Assembly (NCBI GenBank): GCA_963719515.1
Contig: CAVRCJ010000008.1
Location: 90,911 to 154,910, forward strand
Reading direction: 5' to 3'
DNA length: 64,000 bases
DNA from: an uncultured cyanobacterium
GTDB lineage: Bacteria > Cyanobacteriota > Cyanobacteriia > CAKZMO01
Part shown: positions 18,386 through 28,596 of the stretch, piece after piece
Layout: every line of letters begins with the position of its first letter
Numbering within the stretch: the first letter of the stretch is position 1
Notes under the pieces: model-generated
The model's input: only the letters and a program-made list of their open reading frames with translations
Told to the model about the DNA's origin: nothing
The model's database searches: none
Made by a program: the position numbers and the translations under genes

Positions 18386-19231
18386 GTTGAGGCCCACGTA
18401 GCCCATGACGCTGTCCCGCCCCGGATTGCTGTCGAAGGTGTTGGCATTAGAGATGTGGTGCCAGCGTAGCCCCACCATCAGCCGCTCCTCATCGCTGAGG
18501 CGAATGGTCGCGCCACCGCCCGCTTGGGGGGTGAAGTTGAAGCTCGACCCGCCGCTGGGCACGTTGTCGGTGGTGCCCAATATCCCAGCGCCGCCGTCAA
18601 CGTACAGGGACCAGTTTTCCTGGCGCACAAAGTGGTAGCGCAGCAGCAGGTTCAAGTTCGCGCCCACCGCGTCATCTCCGTCCTGGCTAAAGGCCATGCC
18701 GTTTAGCTCAGCGTTGATGCTGTGACCCTTGGCAAAAAAGTGAGACGCCCCGACCCCAACCAGCGCGAACTCATTGTCGAAGGTGGTGGCGGCTCCGCTC
18801 TGGATATACCAACGGTCAGAGCCTCTGGCCCCGAACGCCTCAGGGCGATTTTCGCGGGTCTCAGCGCTATTGGGGGTACCGTTGGGAGCGCTATCAGAGG
18901 CGCTGTTTGGGGGCGCTGCCGTCTGCGCCACTAGGTCTAGCGCTTCGGTCAGATCAATGGCCTCGGGGGGCGCTATGGTCACCACTTCCTGGCTTGCCGG
19001 GGAGGCGATCGCGGTCGGCGTAGCGGCAGCTGCCTCAGAGATTCCTAATCCGGCCTCGGGTGGCCCTCCTGCCCAGGCAGCGTCAGCCCCAGGCGCGACC
19101 GTAGCCGCCGTCAAGCAGGCTGCGGTGTAGGCCCACCGCTTGGCAGTTCGGGAGGCCGAGAGCCTTTGAACAGTTGAGGACAGCGATGCTGTATTGTGAC
19201 CGCTGGGGCGAGGAAGTCCTGAATAAGTCAT
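18374..19231 (-). CDS. Acyloxyacyl hydrolase / PagL-like outer-membrane beta-barrel
   Basis: FNFTPQAGGG, RWHHISNA, NPGRDS motifs. Confidence 0.8.
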   Translation of the reverse strand: MTYSGLPRPSGHNTASLSSTVQRLSASRTAKRWAYTAACLTAATVAPGADAAWAGGPPEAGLGISEAAAATPTAIASPASQEVVTIAPPEAIDLTEALDLVAQTAAPPNSASDSAPNGTPNSAETRENRPEAFGARGSDRWYIQSGAATTFDNEFALVGVGASHFFAKGHSINAELNGMAFSQDGDDAVGANLNLLLRYHFVRQENWSLYVDGGAGILGTTDNVPSGGSSFNFTPQAGGGATIRLSDEERLMVGLRWHHISNANTFDSNPGRDSVMGYVGLNLPR

Positions 19232-19337
19232 GTGGTGTGTCGAGCAGTAGTTAAACGGCGCTGAGGGCGTGACGGCAACAAAGCAGCCTATATGTTCTCA
19301 TTTCCAGCGGTTGACTTCCCTCATCCGGCTAACCACT

Positions 19338-20396
19338 TCATAGGGCTGCAGTGAAGTGGTCCACCAGCTCCGCTGTAGTGACGAGCTTCGTTCGAGGCTG
19401 CCCCTCCTGATACAGATCAGCGGTGCGATCGCCCTCAGCTAAAAGCCGCTCCTGAATTGCCATCAGCCGCCGCGCGGCCTGCTTTTCTCCCCACTGCTCC
19501 AGCATCAGCGCCACGGCGGCCAGCGTCCCCAGCGGGTTGGCGATGCCCTTGCCCGCAATATCAGGGGCGGTGCCGTGGACCGGCTCGTAAAGCCCGAAGC
19601 CCTCGGCGTTGAGGCTGGCCGACCCCAGCAGCCCGATAGAGCCAGCGATCGCGCCTCCAAGGTCACTCAAGATATCGCCAAATAGGTTTCCCGCCAAGAT
19701 CACGTCGAAGGTCTGGGGGCGCATAACGAGCTGCATCGCCAGGTTGTCCACCAGCATTGGCAGTACGGTCACCTCAGGAAAGCCCTGGGCCTCTTCTCGA
19801 ACCAGCCGCGTCCAGGGGATGTGGGGCAGAGCGTTTTCCTTATGGGCGACGGTGAGGTGCTGACGGCGCGACTGGGCATGGCGCAGGGCCACCCTGGCGA
19901 TGCGGCGAATTTCGGCGTCGGCGTAGCGCATGGTGTGGAAGCCATAGCCCCCCTCACCGCTTTTATCGCCTCGCCCCGAGGGGCCAAAGTAAAGGCCACT
20001 CACCAGCTCTCGCACAAACAGCAGGTCTACGCCTTTGAGTAAATTCGGCTTTAGGGGAGAAGTCTGCAGCAGGCTGGGAGACGGGCGCACCGGACGCAGG
20101 TTAGTAAAGAGGTCAAAATGCCGCCGCAGCGCCAGCAGACCGCCCTGGGTCACTGCCCCAAACAGGATGCCGTCTGCCCCCTCGCACAGATGCAGGGTTT
20201 CCTGAGGGAGGGCGACCCCGAACCGCTGCCGCGCCGGTTCGCCAATCCAGCCCCGCTCGACGGTGACCGTAAAGCCCTCGGCAGAGGCGATCGCCGCCAG
20301 CACGGTCAGGCTCCCCTCGACCACCTCCGGGCCGATGCCCTCCCCAGGCAGCGCCGCCAGCCGGTAGCGTCGCGGAGACCGCTCAGGGACGCTCAC
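19338..20396 (-). CDS. Isocitrate/isopropylmalate dehydrogenase family enzyme
   Basis: GEGIGPEV, NLRPV, RELVSGLYFG, HKENAL, NLFGDILSD, EPVHGTAPDIAGKG; GTGA overlap with the PKS stop. Confidence 0.9.
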   Translation of the reverse strand: MSVPERSPRRYRLAALPGEGIGPEVVEGSLTVLAAIASAEGFTVTVERGWIGEPARQRFGVALPQETLHLCEGADGILFGAVTQGGLLALRRHFDLFTNLRPVRPSPSLLQTSPLKPNLLKGVDLLFVRELVSGLYFGPSGRGDKSGEGGYGFHTMRYADAEIRRIARVALRHAQSRRQHLTVAHKENALPHIPWTRLVREEAQGFPEVTVLPMLVDNLAMQLVMRPQTFDVILAGNLFGDILSDLGGAIAGSIGLLGSASLNAEGFGLYEPVHGTAPDIAGKGIANPLGTLAAVALMLEQWGEKQAARRLMAIQERLLAEGDRTADLYQEGQPRTKLVTTAELVDHFTAAL

Positions 20397-23300
20397 AGCG
20401 CTGCGGCCTGCAAAATCAGCAGCTCGTCGGCCAAGACCTGCAGCGTCTGGCGAATCTGCGCTTCGGTATGCAGGCAGCTAATGAAGAACCGCAGTCGGGC
20501 CGCATCGTAGGGCACCGAGGGGTAGACCATCGGCTGCACGTTGATGCCCTGCTGGAACAGAATGTGGGAGAGCTGTACCGCCTTGCGGGGTTCGCCCACG
20601 ATGATGGGCACCACGGGGGAGTCCTGACTAGCCCCAGTGTTGAGACCGTGGGACTGGGCCAACGACAAAAACAGCTGCGAGTTCGCCTGCACCTGGGCCA
20701 CTCGTTCAGGTTCGGCCTGCAGCACCGCCAAGGCGGTCAGCGCCGCAGCGGCATTGGCAGGAGACATGCCGACGCTGAAGATAAATCCCGGAGCCGTGTA
20801 TTTGAGGTACTCCACCAGGGCAGAGCAGCCCGCGATATAGCCGCCGCAGCTGGCAAAAGACTTGCTGAGGGTGCCCATCCACAGGTCTACTGACCCAGGC
20901 GGGACGCCAAAGTGCTCGCCAATGCCCCGCCCTCGCGCCCCCAGCACCCCGATGGAGTGGGCCTCATCCACCAGCAAAAAGGCGTGGTGCTTCGCCTTGA
21001 CCCGCACCATGTCGGGCAGGGGCGACAGGTCGCCATCGGTGCTGTACACGCCTTCGATCGCCACCAGCACTTTTTCGTAGTGGCGGCGGTGCTCATGGAG
21101 CAGCTGGTCCAAGGCTTGCCAGTCGTTGTGAGGGAACTCAATGGCGGTAGCCCCAGACAGGTTGCACCCCTCGCGGATGCTGTTGTGGCTGAGGGCATCG
21201 TAGAGAATTAGGTCTTTTTCTTGGAACAGGTGGCCAATGGTCGTGACGTTGGTGGCGTGGCCGCCGATGTAGGCAATGGAAGATTCGGTGCCCAGGAACT
21301 GGGCGATCGCCTGCTCTAGGGCTAAGTGGACCGGGCGCTCCCCTGACACCACGCGGCTGGCGGACACAGAAGTCCCGTACTGGGCGATCGCGGCCTGGGC
21401 GGCGGCATTGACCCTGGGGTCGCCCGACAGTCCTAGGTAGTTGTAGCTGGCGTAGCTGATCAGCGATCGCCCCTGGACCTGGGTGGTGTCGCGGGCGGTG
21501 CCTTCGTGGACCGTGAAGAAGGGATTGCCCAGCAGGCTGAGGCGATCGAGATCTTGGCGGAGGCCGAGGTATTCGGGGGTTTGGTGAAACTGGTAGTGGG
21601 CTGGAGGGGGCGTATAGGAAGGCGCTGGTTGCAGGGGCGATTTGGGCGCTGCGCCGTTTGTCCCTTGATTGGTGGGGTGGGCAGAGGAGCCGTTGGCCGG
21701 CGGTGGAGTTTTGGGCTGCGGTTGAGGAGTGGGCGGGGCGGTAGGGCGGGGCTCTGAGGCTAAAGGCTCTGAGGCTAAAGGCTCTGAGGCCGAGGGCGTT
21801 GGGGCCGAGGGCAGTGGGGCCGCCGGGAGGTCCAGCGTCGTCGCCAAATGGGCCGCCAGGGCATTGACGGTGGGATAGTCAAAGGCCTGGGTCTGGGGCA
21901 CCGGGCGTCCCAGGCTTTTCTGCAGGCGGTTGCTGAACTCCACCGCCATTAGAGAATCCATCCCCAGGTCCCCAAATCGCTCGTTTGGGTCAATTTGGTT
22001 CGGGGCGCTGAAGCCCATGACTTTGGCGAGCTGGGCCTGCAGGTGGGTAGCCAGCAGGGCGACGCGATCTGAGCTGTGGATGAGCTGGTTGAGAAATTCT
22101 GTCGCCCCAGGCGAGTCGGGTCGAATTGGTTTAAGCCCTTTGAGCAGGGATGTTGAGCCGCTCAAGGGACTAGAAGCTACAGTGCGATCGACGGGAAGAA
22201 TGCCGATTTGAGGTTGACCCTGCCCCATGGCGTCTTCAAGCAGCGCCAAGCCGGTCTCAACCGGAATCGCCGTCAGTCCCTGGGCCGCAAACCGCCGCTG
22301 CTGCTGCTCGCCTAGCCGCGCTGCCATACCCACCTCAGCCCAAGGCCCCCAGTCGAGGCTGAGGGCCGGCAGGCCCAAGCTGGCGCGGTGGTGGGCGATC
22401 GCATCGAGAAAGGCGTTGGCGGCGGCGTAGCTGCCCTGACCGGGGGAGCCGACGAGGGCAGCCATGGAGGAAAAGCAGACGAAGTGGTCCAAGTCCACGG
22501 CCTGGGTGAGCTGGTGCAGATTCCAGGCTCCCGCCACTTTAGGGGCCATTACCGCCGCCATCCGCTCCCAAGACTGGTTGACCAGCAGGCCGTCATCTAA
22601 GGTACCCGCCAGGTGGAATACGCCCTTGAGCGGCGGCGCTACCGCAGCTAGGCAGGGCGCGATCGCCGCTTTTAGGGCGCTCAAATCCGCTACGTCGGCC
22701 TGAAGGATTTGAACGCTAACGCCCTGGCCCTCTAGCCGCTGAATAGTCTGCTGTGCGTCTTCTGAGGGCGATGGCCCTGACGGACCGGTCCGAGACCCAC
22801 GCCGTCCCAGCAGCGTCAGATGGCGCGCCCCCTGTTCCGCCAGCCACTCCGCCAGCCGCAGCCCCAACGATCCTAGCCCCCCAGTAACCAGGTAGGCGGC
22901 ATCAGCGCGAATCAGCGGAGCAGCGGGGGGAACCGCCGGCAGCATCAGCACCACCTTACCCACATGCCTCGCCTGGGCCATGTAGCGAAAGGCGTCTGGA
23001 GCCGACTGAATGGGGAACACCGTTTTAGGCAGCGGGGAGAGCGTCCCGGACTTAAACTGCGCCATTAGGGCTTTGAGAATGTCTGCAATTAGGGGGGGGT
23101 TGTCTCGGGAGACCTCCAGCAGGTCAAAGGGGAAGTAGGCCACATCGGGCCGTACCTGCCCCATCTGCTCGGCGTCCCAGATGCCAATCTTGCCAATTTC
23201 AACAAACCGTCCCTCGGAGGCCAGGGCCGCCAGGCTTTTGGCGATCGCCTCTCCGTTGAGGCTGTTGAGCACCACGTCGACCCCCTTTCCCGCCGTTGCC

Positions 23301-26300
23301 GCCAGCAGCTCGTCGGCGAAGTCTAGGGTGCGGGAGTTCATGACCGGCACCCCCATAGCCCGCAGCACGGGCCACTTCGGCGGACTTGCGGTGGCAAACA
23401 CCTCCGCCCCCAGGGAGTGGGCCACCTGGACCGCCGCCTGCCCGACTCCCCCCGCCGCCGCATGAATGAGGACGCGATCGCCTGCCTTTAGCTGCGCCAG
23501 GTGAACCAGCCCGTAGTAGGCCGTGAGGAACGTCGTGGGTAGGGTCGCCGCTTCTGCAAAGCTCAGAGTATCGGGCTTGGCGATGACGAAGTCGGTGGAC
23601 GTCGTCACAAACTGACTCAGGCTGCCCATGGTTTGGGCGACAATTACCGCCTCCCCAACCTCTAGGGTGGTGACGCCTGCGCCAACCGCCGTCACAACGC
23701 CCGCACATTCGCCGCCAAACGGAACGTCAGCAGCGGTGGCAAACCCCATTGCCTCCGCCACAGTCTGCAGCAGCCCCAGGGCGTTTAGCACATCTCTAAA
23801 GTTGAGCCCTGACGCCTTCACCTGAACCTCCACCTCCCCGGCTTGAGGCGATCGCCGCTGGCTGGGTACTAGCGCTAAGTTATCGAGGACGCCGTAGCTA
23901 GACAGCCCCAGGCGAAACGACGCGGCGTCAGGAATTGCGGCTTTGGGGGGAGTGCAGGGCAGCAGCCGCGCTACAAAGCGCTTGTCCTGGCGGTAGGCGA
24001 TCTCGTCCTCCCCGTCACCATGCTGCAGGTCTGCCAGCAGCAGCGCCATCGTCTCCGGCGTGAGCAAGTCGGGCAAGTCGACGCTGGTGCAGCCCCAGCT
24101 GGGGTGCTCTTGGCGCAGGGTGCGGGCCAGCCCCCAGAGGGTTGTCTGAGACAGATGCAGCGGCGACGGGGCTTCTACGGCCTGGGCGGCTTGGGTGACC
24201 AGCCATAGGCGCAGAGGCTGGTCATTCTGGTCATTCTGATAATTAGAGAAAAGGCCAGCCATCGACTGCAGGAGGCGCATCAGGCTGCCGCAGCTTTGCT
24301 CCTGGGCGGCCAAGCTTCCCGGCGACTCTGGGCTGCGGCCCAGTCCCCAAAGGTAAAGCAGTCGAATCGGCTGGCCGGCGCTCACGGGTTCAATGCGCGC
24401 CTGCAGCTGCTGAAAGGCATCAGGCGCTTTAGGGTCGAGGCTGTAGATATCCTCCGACGGCTGAGCGCCCCCCGGCATCACCACCAGGCAGCGATCGCCC
24501 TGTGCCTCTAAGGCCGCGCCAATTTGCGCCCCAACGCTCTTGCGGCCCGCTTGCGGCGCATCGGCAAAAATGAGCCAGGTGTGTGCCTTTATTGGAGGCT
24601 TGGTTGGACTGGCTGAAGACAGGTTGGGCTGCAGCTGCCATAAAAGCTGGTAGCGCCAGTCTGCATGGGATGGAGCGGTAGGTGCGGTGGGTGACGAGGT
24701 CGTGGGCGATACCGTCGTGGGTGATACCGTCGTGAGCGGTGGCGTCGTGGGCCATGGGGCCGTCGGTGCCAATAGCCGAGCCAAGGACTCCCGACTGACG
24801 TACCTCAGGGTTAACCCCGTCACCTGAGCGGCGATCGCCCCGCTGTCATCCCAAAGCGCCAGGTCAGCCTTCAGCACCTTGGGGGGAGACCCGTTAGCGC
24901 CGCCGCTAAGTTCACCACGCGTCGCCCCAAGCCAGACGCCGCACCAGCCCGACGCCCCCAAAGCGTGATGGACCTGAAGCGCCTCAACGCCAATAGGCAA
25001 GTAGGTTCCCGATAGATTCGACCCGACCGACCCAATCGTCTGAAAGGCCGCGTCGAGCAGCACAGGATGCAGGCAATAGCCCTGAACCTCAACGCCCTGT
25101 GGACAGCAAATTTGGCTTAGGGCCTGGCTGCCGCGCTGCCAGAGCTGCTGAATGCCGCGAAAGGCGGGTCCGTAGTGCAGCCCCTGGTCCGCAAGGGCCT
25201 GGTAGTAGGCCGCTGGGTCTATGGGGTAGGGCTGTAGGGCGGCCTGAAGGCTGGCGAGGGGTGCGGCATTAAAAGCGGCATCGCGGCTCAGGGTGGCGGC
25301 GCTGTGGCGCGTGTGGCTCTCCGCAGAAAAACTTTTTTCAGAGAAGCTGTAGATCTGCAGCGTCGCCGCGTCGCCGTCGGGCGTCAGCACCAGCTGCAGG
25401 TCCGTTGGCTGCTCAGATAGGCGCAGCGGCTGCTCAATAGTCACATCCCGCAGCGAGAGCGGAGTGGATGACCATTGCAGTCCAGCGGCGATCGCCATCT
25501 CTAAGTAGGCCGCGCCGGGAAAGATAGCCTGACCCGCCACGCAGTGGTCGGCCAAATAGCGGGGAGACTGCACGCTGAGCTGGGCTTGAAAGCGCTGCTG
25601 CTGGGTCCCTGCCAAAGGAAGGCGGCTGCCCAAAAGGGGATGCCCGGCGCTGAGCAAAGATAGCCCCGGCGAGGCCGCCCCGGAAGTCTTTGCCCCAGCC
25701 CACCAGTAGCGCTGCCGCTGAAAGGGATAGGGGGGCAGCGACACAGGCGGGCAATTGGCCACCACTGCCGCCCAGTCCAGCATCGCCCCCCGCTCGTACA
25801 GCTTCGCTAAGCTGCTTAACATCATTGCGTCCTCGGGCAGTTCCGGCCGCAGGCTTGGCAGCCACGCAGCGTCTGACTGCGGCAGACACCCCAGCCCCAT
25901 GCCGAGCAAGATAGGCTTGGCCCCCAGCTCCAGGAAGCAAGGCCTGGTCTTGGTCTGCTCGTGGAGGGCGGTCATCGCCTCTAGAAACCGCACCGGCTCC
26001 CGCACATGGCGCACCCAGTAGTCAGGCGTGGCGATTTCGTCAGTGATTAATGTGCCGGTTAACGTGGAAAATAGCGGCACCTCGGGAGTGCTATAGCGCA
26101 CTGACTCCGCGACCTCGCGAAATGCCCCTACCATCGGCTCCATCAGGGGAGAGTGAAAGGCGTGGGAGACCCGCAGCGGCCTGCAGTCTAGCCCCTTAGC
26201 CTCTAGCACTTCCACCGCCGCGTCAAACGCCGCTGGCTCGCCCGATATCACCGTATTTTCAGGGCCGTTGGTGGCCGCAATGGCCACTACACCCTCGAAG

Positions 26301-28393
26301 GGCGCGATCGCCGCCGCCACAGCCTGCGCCGCGGCCCGCACCGCCGCCATCTTGCCCCCCGGCAGCGCCTGCATCAGCCGTCCCCGCGTTGCCACCAGCT
26401 TCAGGGCATCTTCCAGGCTAAATACCCCCGCTACGCAGGCCGCCACGTACTCCCCCACGCTGTGCCCCAAAACCGCAGATGGGCGAATGCCCCAAGAGAG
26501 CCACAGCTGCGCTAGGGCGTACTCCAGGGCAAAGAGAGACGGCTGGGTGTTGAGGGTTTGCTCCAGCTGCTTCTCCGCAGCGGCAGCATGGCTGTCTGGA
26601 TACAGAATCTCCAGCAGCGGCACGGGCAGCAGGTCGGCGCACCGCTGCAGCGCTTTGCGGAAGACCGGCTGGCTATTGTAGAGTTCGCGGCCCATACCGA
26701 CGGACTGGGAGCCCTGGCCCGTGAACAGGAACGCGATAGCGGGCGTTGTCGCGGCTGTCGCGAGAGGGACCTCCTCAGCCGGCCAAGCCTGCAGCTGCTG
26801 CCGCAGAACTGCGGCAGACTCGGCGACAAAAGCCGCCCGGTGGGCAAAGTGCGATCGCCTGCGGGCTGCCGTGGCGCACGCCGCCGCTAGCGCTGTATCG
26901 GGGACGTCTTTGAGCCAGGTTTCGTACCGTTGAATCAGAGCTTTTAGCCCAGTCCGGCTCTTTGCAGAGAGGGGCAGAATCTGGGCTGCAGGCGGCTGAG
27001 AGGGGGGCAATTCGCCTTCGAATGAGCCTCCACCCAGCTCTCGCTCCCCCTTATCCGACTGAGCGCTGGCCAGCACGACGTGGGCGTTCGTGCCCCCAAA
27101 GCCAAAGGAGTTTACCCCAATGTAGGTCTGAGGGCAGGGTAGTGTTTCTTGAGGTAAAGGCTCTAGCCCCGTCTGCACCCTTAGCCCTAGCCGCTCGAAG
27201 TCGATGGCCGGATTGGGCTGGCTGAAGTGCAGGTTGGGGGGAATCTGGCGGTGGTGCAGCATCAGCGCCGCTTTGATTACTCCGGCGACCCCGGCAGCGG
27301 TTTCCGTATGGCCAATGTTGGTCTTCACCGAGCCGATGCGGCAGGGACTGTCGGGCGATCGCCCTTCTGAGAGCACCGCCCCCAGCGCCTGGGCCTCCAC
27401 GGGGTCTCCTATTTTGGTACCGGTGCCGTGGGCCTCTACATAGGCGACCTGGGCCGGGTCCACCCCCGCCCGCCGGTAGGCTTCCCGCAGCACGGCTTCC
27501 TGGGCCTTGGGGTTGGGAGCCGCCATCCCCTGGCTAAATCCGTCTTGGTTGACGGCGCTGCCCTGAATCACCGCATAGACCCGGTCACCATCGGCCACCG
27601 CCTGGGCCAAAGGCTTGAGTACCACCAGCCCCGCCCCCTCGCCGCGCACGTAGCCATCAGCGCTGGCGTCAAAGCTCTTACAGCGCCCGCTGCCCGACAT
27701 AAAGCCACCCTTAGAGAAGCCCATGGTGACGGTGGAGAGCAGCAGCGCGTTCACCCCTCCGGCGATCGCCATATCAGACTCCCCATTCCACAGGCTCTGG
27801 CAGGCCAGATGCAGGGCTACTAGGGACGAGGAGCAAGCGGTGTCAACGGCGAGGCTCGGCCCTTTGAAGTCAAATAAGTAGGAGATACGGTTGGCGGCGA
27901 TGCAGTTGCCGGTGCCCGTGGTGGCGTAAGGCTCGTTCACCGGCTGCTGCCACAGCATGATGGAGTAGTCGTGGGTGCCAATGCCGATAAAGACCCCGGT
28001 TTTTGAGCCTCGCAGGCGATCGGGCACTTCCCCCGCGTCCTCCAGCGCTTCCCAGGTCACCTCTAGCAGCAGCCGCTGCTGCGGGTCCATGGTGGCCGCT
28101 TCTCGAGGGGCGATGCCGAAGAACTGCGGGTCGAACTGGTCGATCTGCTCGAGGAAGCCGCCCCAGCGCGTGTTCATCTTGTTGGGCACCGCGGGGTCTG
28201 GGTCGTAAACCGAATCTACGGCCCAGCGGGAGGGGGGCACCTCGCTTACCCCGTCGACGCCATTGCAGAGCAGCTGCCAAAAAGCGTCGGGCGCGTCAGC
28301 CCCCCCCGGATAGCGACACCCGATACCAGTGATTGCGATGGGTGCGGGTGGTGTGGGCTGTTGCAGGGTCATAGGTGGATAACTTGACGTCAA
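20393..28393 (-). CDS. Type I PKS KS-AT-DH-ER-KR-ACP fused to a PLP alpha-oxoamine synthase (AONS/SPT-like) domain
   Basis: KS DTACSSS; AT GHSVG and SHAFH (malonyl type); DH HCVAGQAIFP; ER LIHAAAGGVG; KR LDD and YAAAN; ACP LGMDSLM; AOS SYNYLGL, SHNS, DEAHS, GTLSKS. Confidence 0.93.
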   Translation of the reverse strand: MTSSYPPMTLQQPTPPAPIAITGIGCRYPGGADAPDAFWQLLCNGVDGVSEVPPSRWAVDSVYDPDPAVPNKMNTRWGGFLEQIDQFDPQFFGIAPREAATMDPQQRLLLEVTWEALEDAGEVPDRLRGSKTGVFIGIGTHDYSIMLWQQPVNEPYATTGTGNCIAANRISYLFDFKGPSLAVDTACSSSLVALHLACQSLWNGESDMAIAGGVNALLLSTVTMGFSKGGFMSGSGRCKSFDASADGYVRGEGAGLVVLKPLAQAVADGDRVYAVIQGSAVNQDGFSQGMAAPNPKAQEAVLREAYRRAGVDPAQVAYVEAHGTGTKIGDPVEAQALGAVLSEGRSPDSPCRIGSVKTNIGHTETAAGVAGVIKAALMLHHRQIPPNLHFSQPNPAIDFERLGLRVQTGLEPLPQETLPCPQTYIGVNSFGFGGTNAHVVLASAQSDKGERELGGGSFEGELPPSQPPAAQILPLSAKSRTGLKALIQRYETWLKDVPDTALAAACATAARRRSHFAHRAAFVAESAAVLRQQLQAWPAEEVPLATAATTPAIAFLFTGQGSQSVGMGRELYNSQPVFRKALQRCADLLPVPLLEILYPDSHAAAAEKQLEQTLNTQPSLFALEYALAQLWLSWGIRPSAVLGHSVGEYVAACVAGVFSLEDALKLVATRGRLMQALPGGKMAAVRAAAQAVAAAIAPFEGVVAIAATNGPENTVISGEPAAFDAAVEVLEAKGLDCRPLRVSHAFHSPLMEPMVGAFREVAESVRYSTPEVPLFSTLTGTLITDEIATPDYWVRHVREPVRFLEAMTALHEQTKTRPCFLELGAKPILLGMGLGCLPQSDAAWLPSLRPELPEDAMMLSSLAKLYERGAMLDWAAVVANCPPVSLPPYPFQRQRYWWAGAKTSGAASPGLSLLSAGHPLLGSRLPLAGTQQQRFQAQLSVQSPRYLADHCVAGQAIFPGAAYLEMAIAAGLQWSSTPLSLRDVTIEQPLRLSEQPTDLQLVLTPDGDAATLQIYSFSEKSFSAESHTRHSAATLSRDAAFNAAPLASLQAALQPYPIDPAAYYQALADQGLHYGPAFRGIQQLWQRGSQALSQICCPQGVEVQGYCLHPVLLDAAFQTIGSVGSNLSGTYLPIGVEALQVHHALGASGWCGVWLGATRGELSGGANGSPPKVLKADLALWDDSGAIAAQVTGLTLRYVSRESLARLLAPTAPWPTTPPLTTVSPTTVSPTTSSPTAPTAPSHADWRYQLLWQLQPNLSSASPTKPPIKAHTWLIFADAPQAGRKSVGAQIGAALEAQGDRCLVVMPGGAQPSEDIYSLDPKAPDAFQQLQARIEPVSAGQPIRLLYLWGLGRSPESPGSLAAQEQSCGSLMRLLQSMAGLFSNYQNDQNDQPLRLWLVTQAAQAVEAPSPLHLSQTTLWGLARTLRQEHPSWGCTSVDLPDLLTPETMALLLADLQHGDGEDEIAYRQDKRFVARLLPCTPPKAAIPDAASFRLGLSSYGVLDNLALVPSQRRSPQAGEVEVQVKASGLNFRDVLNALGLLQTVAEAMGFATAADVPFGGECAGVVTAVGAGVTTLEVGEAVIVAQTMGSLSQFVTTSTDFVIAKPDTLSFAEAATLPTTFLTAYYGLVHLAQLKAGDRVLIHAAAGGVGQAAVQVAHSLGAEVFATASPPKWPVLRAMGVPVMNSRTLDFADELLAATAGKGVDVVLNSLNGEAIAKSLAALASEGRFVEIGKIGIWDAEQMGQVRPDVAYFPFDLLEVSRDNPPLIADILKALMAQFKSGTLSPLPKTVFPIQSAPDAFRYMAQARHVGKVVLMLPAVPPAAPLIRADAAYLVTGGLGSLGLRLAEWLAEQGARHLTLLGRRGSRTGPSGPSPSEDAQQTIQRLEGQGVSVQILQADVADLSALKAAIAPCLAAVAPPLKGVFHLAGTLDDGLLVNQSWERMAAVMAPKVAGAWNLHQLTQAVDLDHFVCFSSMAALVGSPGQGSYAAANAFLDAIAHHRASLGLPALSLDWGPWAEVGMAARLGEQQQRRFAAQGLTAIPVETGLALLEDAMGQGQPQIGILPVDRTVASSPLSGSTSLLKGLKPIRPDSPGATEFLNQLIHSSDRVALLATHLQAQLAKVMGFSAPNQIDPNERFGDLGMDSLMAVEFSNRLQKSLGRPVPQTQAFDYPTVNALAAHLATTLDLPAAPLPSAPTPSASEPLASEPLASEPRPTAPPTPQPQPKTPPPANGSSAHPTNQGTNGAAPKSPLQPAPSYTPPPAHYQFHQTPEYLGLRQDLDRLSLLGNPFFTVHEGTARDTTQVQGRSLISYASYNYLGLSGDPRVNAAAQAAIAQYGTSVSASRVVSGERPVHLALEQAIAQFLGTESSIAYIGGHATNVTTIGHLFQEKDLILYDALSHNSIREGCNLSGATAIEFPHNDWQALDQLLHEHRRHYEKVLVAIEGVYSTDGDLSPLPDMVRVKAKHHAFLLVDEAHSIGVLGARGRGIGEHFGVPPGSVDLWMGTLSKSFASCGGYIAGCSALVEYLKYTAPGFIFSVGMSPANAAAALTALAVLQAEPERVAQVQANSQLFLSLAQSHGLNTGASQDSPVVPIIVGEPRKAVQLSHILFQQGINVQPMVYPSVPYDAARLRFFISCLHTEAQIRQTLQVLADELLILQAAAL

Positions 28394-28596
28394 CGCTGTG
28401 TTAGTCGTGTTAAGTGTTAGTTGTGTTAAGTCCCGCGTTTCGTTCCGCGCTGGCTTAATCAGTGTGAATCGCTATCGATTGGGCTTTTAAGTAATTAAAC
28501 TGAAACTTCGGGTGTGTCAAGCTACGGCAAGACCCCGCCGACCACAGCACCCCGTTCCAAGCCAATTCTTGCTCCCAGCTAATCTCCCAGCTAATC

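Noticed and set aside
20393..28393. Olefin synthase (Ols), heterocyst glycolipid PKS, or biotin BioF
   Set aside because: No FAAL, sulfotransferase or TE; no tandem ACP/PfaA layout; the AOS is fused to a reducing PKS with no bio genes nearby.
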